A stretch of DNA of 64,000 bases from an archaeon (GTDB taxonomy: Archaea > SpSt-1190 > DYHY01), in the NCBI GenBank assembly GCA_037442745.1, contig JBBIPP010000003.1, forward strand, positions 38,692 to 102,691, read 5' to 3'. This document shows, piece by piece, positions 18,413 through 28,542 of the stretch (positions are counted from its first letter, which is position 1; each line of letters starts with the position of its first letter). The notes under the pieces were generated by a model. It ran no database searches and was not told the origin of the DNA. It saw nothing but the letters and a program-made list of their open reading frames with translations. The position numbers and the translations under genes are program-made.

Positions 18413-19400
18413 AAACCTCGATCTTGTTCGTCCGCTCGAGCCATTTCTTGTATTTGGATATTTCCCTTAGATAGTCTGGAAAGATTTCCGAGAGTCTTGA
18501 GGGCGCGCGGGAATCTTTTTCTAAGACGAGCGGGTCGAGGAACCTTGCTTTTCTAGAGATTACATAGTCCCATTTTTTGTCGTTGAATTTTATTCTGGTC
18601 CTCTTCGATATGAGGGAGAGTTTTTCTCGTATTTTGAAGTTGGAATTCCTGACAAGCTTCGCCATGAACTCCTTTTCGGTCAGCTTCGTCAAGTCCTCCC
18701 CAGTTATTATCCCTATCCTCAGGCCTTCGGCGATTGCTTCTGCGAGGAATTTCGAGAAAGTGTTTTGGATCGGGCTCGCCCATTCAGAATAGGAGAGCTG
18801 GAGATATTTCTTAGATGCTAATAGGGCATTTCTCATCCCGGAGAACGCGAACATCCACCTTCCCCCGAAATCCAGCATCTTGACAGATGCAAGTATCCTC
18901 TCCGCTTGGACCCTTGAGAGCTTACCGACAGTCACCCCGTCCCTGAGGAAATAGTCTATCCTGTCTGCCGAAAGATCTGGGAGCTCTGCCGTGAGAAGGG
19001 GGTTCTCCCCCCTGATAACTTCCTTCAAGCTCAATCCGTGCCTTGAGAGTATCCCGGGGATTTCCGACGATTCGAGCGTTGCCTCGAAAATCTTGTCATG
19101 GTAGCTCTTCTCATCGCTATCGAATATCTTGTCAATCACGTGGGAGAATACTGTATGGGAAATGTCGTGGAGGAGCCCGGCCAGACACTCTTCCCTCGGG
19201 GCTCCGAACAGGACAAGTATGTGATAGACTCCTATCGAATGTTCGAGCCTTGTCGTGTTCTTGTGGGGATCCGAGAGAACGACAGCGCCGTATTGGTTTA
19301 TCCCAGAGAGTCTCCTCATCGACTTGGACCTTATTATCGCCTCTGCCAGGGGATCGGATATTGAAATCCTTCCATAAACCTTGTCGTTCAGGGAAAGCAT
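18396..19400 (-). CDS. HD-domain phosphohydrolase (YdhJ/SAMHD1-like)
   Basis: RLSGINQYG, TRLEHSIG, LLHDISH..FSH and ADRIDYFLRD. Confidence 0.9.
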   Translation of the reverse strand: MLSLNDKVYGRISISDPLAEAIIRSKSMRRLSGINQYGAVVLSDPHKNTTRLEHSIGVYHILVLFGAPREECLAGLLHDISHTVFSHVIDKIFDSDEKSYHDKIFEATLESSEIPGILSRHGLSLKEVIRGENPLLTAELPDLSADRIDYFLRDGVTVGKLSRVQAERILASVKMLDFGGRWMFAFSGMRNALLASKKYLQLSYSEWASPIQNTFSKFLAEAIAEGLRIGIITGEDLTKLTEKEFMAKLVRNSNFKIREKLSLISKRTRIKFNDKKWDYVISRKARFLDPLVLEKDSRAPSRLSEIFPDYLREISKYKKWLERTNKIEVFREGH

Positions 19401-19512
19401 TCTCTTCGGAAAGGTTTTCCTGAAAAGGGTTTAATAAACTGTTCCTAGAAGCGTCCCGGTAAGAAGGCATACATAATTGTTTAAAAGGCTGCTACGGTTC
19501 TTCTGGGAACAT

Positions 19513-20331
19513 ATGACTATTCGCCAAGGATTTTTCAGGAAAAGGGATTTCGTCGCGGTGATTCTTGCGGGCGGAGAGGGTTCAAGGATAGGACTCCCAT
19601 TTTCCAAATGCCTCCTTCCGGTTGAGGAAGGCAGACCCCTCCTCCTAAAGCACATCAACTATCTCCATAAGGCAGGGATTAAAGAATGGATTTTCGTGAT
19701 AAATCCTGCGCAGACGGACATATTGAAGTTCATTGCGAAGGAGACTCCGGAGGACACACGCTACCACATCGTCCTTCAGCCGGCTCCGGTCGGGATATCG
19801 GAGGCCCTGATGCGCGCGATCCCCTACATTCAGGAAGCGGACAACGCGATGGTCCTCCTTCCGGACACTTACATGAACGGGGAGAACCCCTACGAAAAAT
19901 TGAAGAAGGCGCATACAGCGGAGAAATCTCCTGGAGGGGTAACGCTCTGCCTCTGGTCGAAGGAGAACAATTTCGGAAGCCTCGATTTCGTGAAAACATC
20001 GGGAAATGTCTGGACTGAAATCGACCCGACCTTGAAGCACGACAGCAAGGGTTGGGGCTGGGGAGCGATCGCGTTCTCCGTTGATTCCCTCGCATCGAAG
20101 GAGAACCCATTTATACAGAAGGTCTATGGAAGAAACGAGAAAGTGATTGACAACATGGGCCTCCTCTTCACCGAAGTCAGGAAAACTGCGCTCATGCTTC
20201 CCTACAAGTATTGCAAGGTGAAAGGGGACCGGATTGACTGCGGGACAATCGAGGGCTTTACAAAGGCAGTCAATTATGTCGGGCGAAGGGTCGGAGCCAA
20301 AGGGAAAGCACTAATAAAGAAAAGGAATTAG
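19513..20331 (+). CDS. Sugar-phosphate nucleotidyltransferase (RmlA-like fold)
   Basis: AVILAGGEGSR, K-LLPV, Q-APVG, LLPD and DCGT. Confidence 0.8.
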   Translation: MTIRQGFFRKRDFVAVILAGGEGSRIGLPFSKCLLPVEEGRPLLLKHINYLHKAGIKEWIFVINPAQTDILKFIAKETPEDTRYHIVLQPAPVGISEALMRAIPYIQEADNAMVLLPDTYMNGENPYEKLKKAHTAEKSPGGVTLCLWSKENNFGSLDFVKTSGNVWTEIDPTLKHDSKGWGWGAIAFSVDSLASKENPFIQKVYGRNEKVIDNMGLLFTEVRKTALMLPYKYCKVKGDRIDCGTIEGFTKAVNYVGRRVGAKGKALIKKRN

Positions 20332-20338
20332 TTGGAAA

Positions 20339-21454
20339 TCAGTTTTTCCTCTCTGAGACTGCGAGAATTTCCCGCTCGATCTCTCCTGCTATCTTCTCCC
20401 ATGAAAATTTTCGGGCGAATCCCCTCGAAATCCCGGGAACTCCCTTATTCTTGAGCGCCCTCTTCGCATTTCCTATCTGCTTGAAAAATCCCGCTTTTCC
20501 ATCGGAGAGGAATCCCGCCGGTAGAGGGGCAGTTACTTCGGGGAGGGACGCGGAATTCAATGTGACTGATATTTTTCCGCATGCGGAGGCCTCGAGGGGA
20601 GGGATGCCGAATCCTTCCCAGGAGGACGGATGGAGATAGATGTCTAGGGCGTTGAAGAATCCGTTCAGGTCCTTCTCTGGGAGGTTCTTAAGAAGGATCG
20701 CCCTTTTTCCTAGGGAATTTTTCTCGATAAAATCGAGATATTCCTTTTCCAGCTCCCCGCCGCCCGCAATCGCAACAGTTACCGACTTGTCAAGTAAGGC
20801 ATATTCCAGGAGATACTTGTGGTTCTTGTAGGGGACAAACCTCCCGATTGTTCCGAGGAAGAAGGCCTTCCTCGGCACTCTGTATTTTCTCCGGAAGTTC
20901 TCTCCTTCTTTTTTGGATGGCTTCAGCCGTTCGGTGTCAATTCCGCAGTAAATCAAGCCATCCGACTTTCTAAAGTAGATTGCTTTCAGCTGACGCTCCA
21001 TGTATTCGGAACAACATATGTTTCTTTTCGCGAGGAAAACCGTCGGGAATCCCGAAAGGTAGTTGTCTATCCAGCGGAGGGGATTTTTCAGAAACTCTGA
21101 GAAAACCGTGACTTGCCCCCAATAGTAGTTTATAGTCGGGATTCCGGAGAGAACTGCCGAGTTCGAAAGGATTGAGGTGTATGTGAATATGATGTCTGGG
21201 GAAATTTCTTTTATTTTATTCGGATAGAGGGAAAATTGCCTTATCCTTCCGAGAAAGGCTCCGCCATAAGGAACTGTTTCCGTTTTTATCCCCTCCTTCC
21301 TGATTAAATCAATCATTTCAGGCCGTGTGTTCTCGGAAAAGGTCAGGATTGTGACATCGTGGCCCTTTCTTCTCATTGCCCTCGCTGCCTCAAAAATGAA
21401 TCTTTGTTGCCCTGTCATAGATTTTGCGCTTGTGAGGGTGAAGAGTATTTTCAT
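20339..21454 (-). CDS. GT4 glycosyltransferase
   Basis: MKILF..GHDVT, GRFVPYKN and PSSWEGFGIPPLEA. Confidence 0.92.
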   Translation of the reverse strand: MKILFTLTSAKSMTGQQRFIFEAARAMRRKGHDVTILTFSENTRPEMIDLIRKEGIKTETVPYGGAFLGRIRQFSLYPNKIKEISPDIIFTYTSILSNSAVLSGIPTINYYWGQVTVFSEFLKNPLRWIDNYLSGFPTVFLAKRNICCSEYMERQLKAIYFRKSDGLIYCGIDTERLKPSKKEGENFRRKYRVPRKAFFLGTIGRFVPYKNHKYLLEYALLDKSVTVAIAGGGELEKEYLDFIEKNSLGKRAILLKNLPEKDLNGFFNALDIYLHPSSWEGFGIPPLEASACGKISVTLNSASLPEVTAPLPAGFLSDGKAGFFKQIGNAKRALKNKGVPGISRGFARKFSWEKIAGEIEREILAVSERKN

Positions 21455-22455
21455 TTCGAGACCTTCCTTATTATTGTCGATGCAATTAATTTCGCAGAGT
21501 TCGAAACAATGCAAAGAGGCCGTGCGACCGGCGCGAGGAGCCTGCTGGAAAGCGCTGTTTGGAAAAAGGTTCCGCCGAATTCCTTCGTTGAAAATTCCCT
21601 TATCTTCTCGGCAATCTCCCGGTTTCCCAAGGCAACGTTCTTCTCATACAGCCTGTCGGCAAGCTGTCGGGAACGGGAGATTATTTCTTCCCTTGACGGG
21701 ATTTGAAGCCTTTTCGCGTGTTTCAGCGCCTCGAGATAGATCCTGTGGGTTTCCTCGAGATACATCGCATCCCGCCCAAACGAGATATTCGTCTTCCTAA
21801 TTATGTCGGTTGCCAGAGGCTCTTTTATGTATGCTATTTTCTTCCCTGATAGAACTGTCAAGAGAAAGAAATAGACGTCGAACGCCGCAGGGTATTTTCT
21901 GGGAAACCCCCCTATCTCCTTGAAGAGGGATTTCCGGAAAACTAGGGTCGTTATTCCTAATTCGAACCTGTTGCTCCAGCCTTTCACTAGAAGGACTTTG
22001 ATGAAGTCGTTCTTTCCGAGCCTCTCCGGAATGTCAAAGACCCGCCTCTCTGAATATTTTCCGTCTTCGGTCGCCCTATAAAACCCCGAACAGACAATCC
22101 CGACATCCGGTTCCCGCTCCAGGATATCCAATGCCTTGCCGAGAAGCGTTGGCTCGTAGATGTTATCGTCGTGGAAAAGGGCGATGTATTTCCCGCGTGC
22201 GCCCTTTGCCGCCTCGTTGAAGTTCTCGAGCTGGAGTATTTTCTTCGGATGTATCTTGAACCGGACACGTGGATTTTTCAGCCCGCGCAGGTATTCCGCA
22301 GTGTCGTCATTTGACGCGCTGTCGGAAACAAATATCTCAAAGCTCCGCTCGGGCCTTGCCTCGGAGAGGAAAAATCTTACGTTCTTTTCGAGGAGCTCCC
22401 GACGGTTCATTGTCGGGATGCATATGGAGATTTCCGGATGTTTCCTTTCCGGCAA
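21451..22455 (-). CDS. GT2 glycosyltransferase
   Basis: ISICIPTMNR, VSDSASNDDT, FHDDN and IGGF; TTG start. Confidence 0.88.
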   Translation of the reverse strand: MPERKHPEISICIPTMNRRELLEKNVRFFLSEARPERSFEIFVSDSASNDDTAEYLRGLKNPRVRFKIHPKKILQLENFNEAAKGARGKYIALFHDDNIYEPTLLGKALDILEREPDVGIVCSGFYRATEDGKYSERRVFDIPERLGKNDFIKVLLVKGWSNRFELGITTLVFRKSLFKEIGGFPRKYPAAFDVYFFLLTVLSGKKIAYIKEPLATDIIRKTNISFGRDAMYLEETHRIYLEALKHAKRLQIPSREEIISRSRQLADRLYEKNVALGNREIAEKIREFSTKEFGGTFFQTALSSRLLAPVARPLCIVSNSAKLIASTIIRKVSK

Positions 22456-22461
22456 ACTGCA

Positions 22462-23517
22462 TCAGTTCTCCTCTAGTGTCCCGCGCTTCACTTTCTCGAA
22501 ATCGGCAGATACCATTCTTTTCACGAGCTCCTTGAAAGCCACTTTCGGCTTCCAACCGAGCTCTTTTCTCGCCTTTTCAGGGTTCCCTATAAGATGCTCG
22601 ACTTCTGCCGGCCTCATGTTGTCAGTTGTCGACACTATTAAAATTTGTCCTGTCTTTTCGTCGAATCCTTCCTCTTTTCCGCTCTTGTCCTTCCGCCAGG
22701 AGAGCTTCCAGCCGAGCTCCTTCGAGGCCTCTTCCGCGAACTCCCTCACGCTGTGGCACTCGCCGGTCGCAAGAACATAGTCGTCCGGGCTCTTCGCCTG
22801 GAGAATCCTCCACATCCCCTCCACATAATCGGGTGCATATCCCCAGTCTCTCTTCGCGTCGAGGTTCCCTAGATCTAGGGGAATCTTCCTCTCGCCCAGT
22901 TTTATCCTGGAGAGCTCTATTGTTATTTTCCTTGTAACGAACTGCGGGCCTCTCCTCTCGCTCTCGTGGTTGAATAATATTCCGTTGACAGCGAACATTC
23001 CGTAGGACTCGCGGTAGTTCTTCACTGCCCAGAAAGCGAAGAGCTTTGAGAACCCGTATGGCGAACGGGGATAGAACGGGGTTTTCTCTGTTTGGGGAAT
23101 TTCGACAGCTTTCCCGAATAGTTCCGAGGTCGATGCCTGATAGATTTTCGTCTTCAGGCAGGACTGCCTGACCGCTTCCAGTAGCTTTAAGACTCCAAGG
23201 CCAGTCGCTTCGGCAGTCTCTATCGGCATGTCGAAGCTCGCTTTCACATGGGATTGCGCGGCGAGATTGTATATCTCGTCGGGCTTGGTTTTTCTCAGGA
23301 TTGAGAGTATTGACATTAGGTCCGTCAGGTCCCCGTAATGGAGATGGAAGTCTGGATTGTCCCTTATCGCTCCTATGCGCCAGGAAGTCGTCGCGTCAGA
23401 CCTCCGGACAAGGCCGTGGACAACGTATCCTTTCGAAAGGAGAAGCTCCGCTAGATAAGAGCCGTCCTGGCCAACAACGCCGGTTATCAATGCGGACTTT
23501 TTCTTCGGATTGAGCAT
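22462..23517 (-). CDS. gmd: GDP-mannose 4,6-dehydratase
   Basis: [41 protein letters not shown] and RDWGYA. Confidence 0.97.
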   Translation of the reverse strand: MLNPKKKSALITGVVGQDGSYLAELLLSKGYVVHGLVRRSDATTSWRIGAIRDNPDFHLHYGDLTDLMSILSILRKTKPDEIYNLAAQSHVKASFDMPIETAEATGLGVLKLLEAVRQSCLKTKIYQASTSELFGKAVEIPQTEKTPFYPRSPYGFSKLFAFWAVKNYRESYGMFAVNGILFNHESERRGPQFVTRKITIELSRIKLGERKIPLDLGNLDAKRDWGYAPDYVEGMWRILQAKSPDDYVLATGECHSVREFAEEASKELGWKLSWRKDKSGKEEGFDEKTGQILIVSTTDNMRPAEVEHLIGNPEKARKELGWKPKVAFKELVKRMVSADFEKVKRGTLEEN

Positions 23518-23541
23518 GGAAATCCCCCGTCCCCTCTCGTT

Positions 23542-24651
23542 TTATAATTTGTCCCGCTTTCCGGGGAGAATTCTTCCTATTTCAGCCGCTATCTGGGTGG
23601 CAGACCTGCCCTCTCCGAAAGCCAGTCTGGCGTTCCTGGCTATTTTCCATTTCCCGGCTTTTGCCTTCTTCAGGTGATGGGCAATTTCCTCCGGGACAAT
23701 TGAGCGAACGGACGCCCCTGTTCTCTCAGCCTCCGTCCTCTCGGAATGCCTCCTGAACTGGATTGACGGGACTCCGAGATAGCACGCCTCTTCTGTCTCC
23801 CCTCCGGCGTCGGTCAGTATTGCCGTCGCGTTCGAAAGGAGGGAAAGGAACTTTTTCTGTGGGAGGAATCCTTCAGTCCGGGCAGTTTTTGGAATTCTTA
23901 TTTTGAACTTCTCGGCCTGCCTTTTCAGGTTCTCGGGAAGTATCAGTATTGTCGGAAGGGGCGAGAGCTCAATTGCCCTGAAGAAATTCCTGATCCGCTC
24001 CTTGCTCGTTATGTTCTCGTGCCGGTGGAGCTTTGCAATTGCGTATTTGCCCTTGGGAATTTTTGCGGATCCCTTGGATTTCTTCGAGCGCAAGACATCG
24101 ATATTCGTGTTCCCGGTAACGAATATCCTTGACCTCTGCTTCCCCTCAGAGAGGAGGTTTTGCGCCGAGTGCCGGGTCGGGCAGAAGAAATAGTCTGAGA
24201 GGGAATCTGCAAGGCGCCTTGAGAGCTCTTCGGGGAAAGGCTCTCTTGCGCTCCCGGAGCGGAGTCCTGCCTCAATGTGCGCAAGCTTCTTTCCGACAAG
24301 TTTCGCACCGATTGCCCCGGCAGTTGTTGTCATTGTGTCTCCGTGGACAAGGACAAGGGAGATTTTCCTGTCTTCCGAGAGTTTTTTCGAAACCCATCCG
24401 ATTGCCCGAAGAGCCCAAGTCCCCGCCGAGAGCTTGGATGAAAACCTTCCCCTTCCCCGGGCAGAAGAGTCAAAGACGTGCTTTGGCGGGCGCATCTTGT
24501 TCTCTTTTAGGGCGTCCTCGATATTGTGCTGGCCTGTGAAGAATATTTCGTATGGAATTCTCCTTTTCTCAAGTTCGGAGACTATTGGGGAGATTTTTAT
24601 GAGTTCAGCAATTGTTCCTATTACGAATGCGGCTTTTTTGCCGGGGCTCAT
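23542..24651 (-). CDS. wecB: UDP-N-acetylglucosamine 2-epimerase family protein
   Basis: TGQH, VHGDT, HIEAGLRS, PFPEE, TGN, HRHEN and TDAGG. Confidence 0.88.
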   Translation of the reverse strand: MSPGKKAAFVIGTIAELIKISPIVSELEKRRIPYEIFFTGQHNIEDALKENKMRPPKHVFDSSARGRGRFSSKLSAGTWALRAIGWVSKKLSEDRKISLVLVHGDTMTTTAGAIGAKLVGKKLAHIEAGLRSGSAREPFPEELSRRLADSLSDYFFCPTRHSAQNLLSEGKQRSRIFVTGNTNIDVLRSKKSKGSAKIPKGKYAIAKLHRHENITSKERIRNFFRAIELSPLPTILILPENLKRQAEKFKIRIPKTARTEGFLPQKKFLSLLSNATAILTDAGGETEEACYLGVPSIQFRRHSERTEAERTGASVRSIVPEEIAHHLKKAKAGKWKIARNARLAFGEGRSATQIAAEIGRILPGKRDKL

Positions 24652-26117
24652 TCGGAGCCACCTGTGTATCTCAGGACAATTGAGCCCGCCCCTTGGGAAT
24701 TGACGAACTGCTTTTCAATTGCGAAGAGGTCCGGATATTTCGAGGCAAGGGCGAGGGCATACTTGGGCTGGGCCCAGTCGTAATTGTTCACCTCAAGATA
24801 TTCCGCCTCCCCTCTCTTGAGTTGCTCGAGAAGAGCCTCTTCTGTTTCCGGAAATGCTCTCACTTGCCCGTTGTGGAAGAGGGAGACAATCCTATATGCC
24901 CCTGCGAAAACCCTCTCCCCTTGCGCGTTCCGGGCGAGCCACTCCCCGGAATATTCTATCTCGACATATCCGCCCTTCTTTGAGTTGTGCATTCCTTCGC
25001 CGACTGAATAGGAAAAAATCGAGAACCCGATTATTGTGATTGCAAAGAGCGCGCGCCCGGCTCCCTTGTTTTTTAGGAACTTTTCGATCGGAAACATTGC
25101 GAGGTTCGCTAGGGAAATTGAGAGAACGGGGAGTATTGACACAAAATATCTCGCATCATAGGGGATTCCCGCAAGGCGCGAAACGGGTGAGAATATTACA
25201 AACGCGAGGAGGGGGAAAAACAGCTCGCTCTTCCTGAACAATGCAAGCCCAGAAAGGGAGGCTAGAAAGACAATAATGTGCAGTTGAACAAACCGCATTG
25301 ACTCCAAGAAATTCCCCAAGTTTGAGAACGCCATTTCAAGATAGTTACTGGAAGCCCCGGAATATACCCCGAGAAGTCCTGTTCCTGAAACAGCAAGCCA
25401 GATGCCGACAGGGACAACTACCGAAACCAAAAACGCTCCGAGGGAAAGGAACTCCTTTCGCGCTCTTTTGGATGAAAAATGAGACGCCAGGAAAATTAAC
25501 GCAAGGCTTGGGAGGTTCGGAAGACGTATCAAGTATCCGAGAGCAGCAATTAGGCCGAAAAGCCCCGCCCTCTTCGGGTTTGGGCTCTCCAAATAATATG
25601 ACGCAAAGAGAAGCCCTCCTGCGCAAATTGCCGAATCGTAAATGTCTAGTAGCGCTCTCGCGGAATAGAAGAAAAAAATGTGGTTGAACGCTAGGAGGGC
25701 CGATGCTCCGAGGGAGACAGTCTCGCTCTTTGAGAGCTTTTTTGCTAGGAAATATGTGAAAACAATTGAGGAGAGCGCGGCAAGAATTGTCGCAAGGTAG
25801 AAAGGGGTTTTTGAAAACTCACCGCCTGAGAGAAGAATGATTGCTGATGAAAGCAAAGGCAGGCCCGGAAATATCCCTTTTTCCTCTCCCAATACGAGGC
25901 CGTTTCCGGAAAGGAAATTCTTCGTTGCCCCCAGATAGAGCGCTTCATCGGGCCAGAGCCCGTGAGATTCGAGAGCGTTTGGGAGGATAAGAAAAAGGAA
26001 AATCGCAAGAATTGCGAGAAAAATTCGGCCGGAGGGGATTTTTCCGGCTACGTCGGGGGGTTCGCTAGATTTCGCGCTGTTTTCTGGGATTTTTCCAGGT
26101 TTGTTTGAGTAGGACAT
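24648..26117 (-). CDS. GT-C fold membrane glycosyltransferase (GT39/PMT-like)
   Basis: WPDEALY after TM1, many TM helices, LLD and ARYF. Confidence 0.75.
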   Translation of the reverse strand: MSYSNKPGKIPENSAKSSEPPDVAGKIPSGRIFLAILAIFLFLILPNALESHGLWPDEALYLGATKNFLSGNGLVLGEEKGIFPGLPLLSSAIILLSGGEFSKTPFYLATILAALSSIVFTYFLAKKLSKSETVSLGASALLAFNHIFFFYSARALLDIYDSAICAGGLLFASYYLESPNPKRAGLFGLIAALGYLIRLPNLPSLALIFLASHFSSKRARKEFLSLGAFLVSVVVPVGIWLAVSGTGLLGVYSGASSNYLEMAFSNLGNFLESMRFVQLHIIVFLASLSGLALFRKSELFFPLLAFVIFSPVSRLAGIPYDARYFVSILPVLSISLANLAMFPIEKFLKNKGAGRALFAITIIGFSIFSYSVGEGMHNSKKGGYVEIEYSGEWLARNAQGERVFAGAYRIVSLFHNGQVRAFPETEEALLEQLKRGEAEYLEVNNYDWAQPKYALALASKYPDLFAIEKQFVNSQGAGSIVLRYTGGSE

Positions 26118-26170
26118 TCAGAGCCTTTCCTTTCGGGTGTTTTTTTAAAGTTCCCCATGTTTCGGGCGAA

Positions 26171-27562
26171 ATGGAACTCTTAAACCCCCCGAATGCGAGG
26201 GAACTGCTGCCTGTCGAAATAAACATCCGGGTCCTTGAAAGGGAGTGCGCGAAAGGCGACTTTGTCCCCCTTATCGTAACCTCGACCAAGCCGGATTTTT
26301 ACAAACAGGCTCCTCTCTTCTCCTCTTTCGAAAAGCGGGGGCTCCCTTCAGTCGCCCTCCACACGGGCCAGCATTTTGATTCCCTTCTCGGGCACGGCCT
26401 CGACGAGTTCGGGATACGGGAGAGGATTGGAATTGACCTTCGGGTGAGGGGTGGGCTCTCGGAAAAGACCTCTGAGGTTGTGGCAAAGCTCTCCCAAGTC
26501 GCGAACTTCCTTTCTGGGAAATTCCCCGGAAAAACATTCCTGCCAATCGTACACGGGGACACCCATTCTGCAGGAATAGTCCCACTTGGCTGGATGTTTG
26601 CGACTAACCAGAAATGCGCTCAGAACGAAGCTGGACTTCGCTCAATGCAGCCATCTTTCAGGAACGCCAAAAACAACAGCAAGTTCCTCTCCGACCAGTT
26701 GAACGAGAAAAACTGGGTCTTGAACAGAACGGAACCCTTCCCGGAGCAGTTCGACACTTTTATCGGGAGCGCGGCGTGCCACTATCATTTCGCTCCGGTC
26801 TCCCTGAACAAGGAAAGCCTTGTAAGGGAAGGGTATCCGGAGAAAAACATTCCGGTTGTCGGGAACTCGGTTGTCGAAGCTTTCAGGCTTGCCGGAAAAA
26901 GGCGTCCCGAAAAATCCGTTTTCGAGGATTATCCTGTTCTTGAAAAAGGGGATTGGATTAGGGTCGATATACATAGGAGGGAGAATCTTCTCCCCGGGAG
27001 GTTCCTCGCAATAATCGGGGCGGTGAAGCGCCTCGTAAAAAGCGGCAGGAACGTAATTTTCATTGAAATGAATGCGAACAAGTTCGCGATTGACAGGCTC
27101 GGACTCTCGGCGGAAATTGGAAAGCTGAAATCTGAGAAGAATTTCCTCTATACCGGACTCTGGCGGGAATATGGCTCGGTTGTCGAGTTCCTAAAGAGTG
27201 GGAACTGCCGGGCTGAACTGACTGACAGCGGAAGCATGCAGGAGGAATTGAACGAACTGAAAAAGCCCCTCTCAATAACTTGCAGGTTCTCTACCGACAG
27301 GCCCGAGACAATTTTCTCGGCAGGAACGAACATATTGGCCCCGCCAATAAGCGCGGACTATCTCAATTCCTTCGTTTCCTGGATTCTTTCAGGGGAAAGG
27401 GCAGACAAGCTGATTTCAAAAGGAAGGCGCCTTTATGGGAAAGCGCCGTCCAAGAAAATTGCCGATTTCCTCTACCGGAGAAGAAAGGATCCCGTTTTCG
27501 AATGGGCGCATGAGCGGGCAGGGGCGAAATATCGGGAGACTGCCAGTGGCTATTTCCTCTGA
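26171..27562 (+). CDS. Second UDP-N-acetylglucosamine 2-epimerase family protein
   Basis: HTGQH, VHGDT, EAGLRS, PFPEQ, VGNS, HRREN and TDSGSMQEE; ATG at 26171. Confidence 0.88.
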   Translation: MELLNPPNARELLPVEINIRVLERECAKGDFVPLIVTSTKPDFYKQAPLFSSFEKRGLPSVALHTGQHFDSLLGHGLDEFGIRERIGIDLRVRGGLSEKTSEVVAKLSQVANFLSGKFPGKTFLPIVHGDTHSAGIVPLGWMFATNQKCAQNEAGLRSMQPSFRNAKNNSKFLSDQLNEKNWVLNRTEPFPEQFDTFIGSAACHYHFAPVSLNKESLVREGYPEKNIPVVGNSVVEAFRLAGKRRPEKSVFEDYPVLEKGDWIRVDIHRRENLLPGRFLAIIGAVKRLVKSGRNVIFIEMNANKFAIDRLGLSAEIGKLKSEKNFLYTGLWREYGSVVEFLKSGNCRAELTDSGSMQEELNELKKPLSITCRFSTDRPETIFSAGTNILAPPISADYLNSFVSWILSGERADKLISKGRRLYGKAPSKKIADFLYRRRKDPVFEWAHERAGAKYRETASGYFL

Positions 27563-28518
27563 CCAGTTAGAAGGACTTTGGGGAAAAAAACAAGGCCAGC
27601 AAGAACAACCGGCCAGAAAGCGACAACCCGGTCTATCAGCACTGCTGCGACAGCTTCAGTCCCAGAGATTCCGATTGCCCCGTAAATTGCCGTGGAGGAG
27701 AGTTCTACTGCGCCAATTCCCCCGGGAATTGCGGAAATTACCCCTATTATTATTGAGAGGGAGAATGCCTGAGCAATCAAAAAAGGGTTTTGGATTGAGC
27801 CGGTTATTAGGGAGAATATCAGGGAAATTCTTGAGAATTCGAGCGCCCAAATCGCCCCCGAATATGCGAGCGCTCCAGGAACCCCTTTCGGCGAGAAAAG
27901 CTTGTCCCCTTCCGTCAGGTCCCCTTCAGTTCGGAAAGTTTTCCTGAACGCCCGTGAGAGTATTGCCCTCCTAGTTTTCCTTATGAACAGGAGCCCGGTT
28001 ATCAGGACAATTGCTCCCGCAAGCCCGATTGCCGGGACTGCGAGGGAAAGCCTGCCTTCTCCGAACCTGGAAAGGAACGCTAGGGCGAATGTTGTGACGA
28101 ATAAAAAGTCGAAAACCCGCTCATAGAAAAGGAGAAGCATTGCCTTTGCGGAGGGGATGTTTTCAGTCTTCTTGTATATCAGGACTCGGGTGAGCTCCCC
28201 TGATTTCGCGGGAGTGACAAGGCCTGCCGCAATTCCGACAAGGAGAGCTTTGGCTTTTCCGAACAAGGTTGTTCTTGTTTTTCCAGAAATTTCCCTTGAG
28301 AAATAGTCCCATCTCTTCACCCTGAGAAGGATTGAGAGAAAAGTCAGGGCAGTTAGCCCGGCAAGATAAATTGGGGAGATTCTTCCGGCAATATCGAGGG
28401 TTTTTTCCGAATCCCCGAAAAAGAAAAAGGCGCCTATTGACGCAACGAATAGGAGCCCGACTCCTGCTGAAAAGAGGGCTATTTTCCTCCAGGAAACGGG
28501 GTTGTTCCTTTCCGCCAT
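27550..28518 (-). CDS. UPF0104 / lysylphosphatidylglycerol-synthase TM-like flippase
   Basis: LRVKRW, TPAKSGE..R, ERVFD, PGGIGAVE and IDR. Confidence 0.85.
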   Translation of the reverse strand: MAERNNPVSWRKIALFSAGVGLLFVASIGAFFFFGDSEKTLDIAGRISPIYLAGLTALTFLSILLRVKRWDYFSREISGKTRTTLFGKAKALLVGIAAGLVTPAKSGELTRVLIYKKTENIPSAKAMLLLFYERVFDFLFVTTFALAFLSRFGEGRLSLAVPAIGLAGAIVLITGLLFIRKTRRAILSRAFRKTFRTEGDLTEGDKLFSPKGVPGALAYSGAIWALEFSRISLIFSLITGSIQNPFLIAQAFSLSIIIGVISAIPGGIGAVELSSTAIYGAIGISGTEAVAAVLIDRVVAFWPVVLAGLVFFPKVLLTGQRK

Positions 28519-28542
28519 TTTTGAAAAGCCCTGTTTAGCCCT

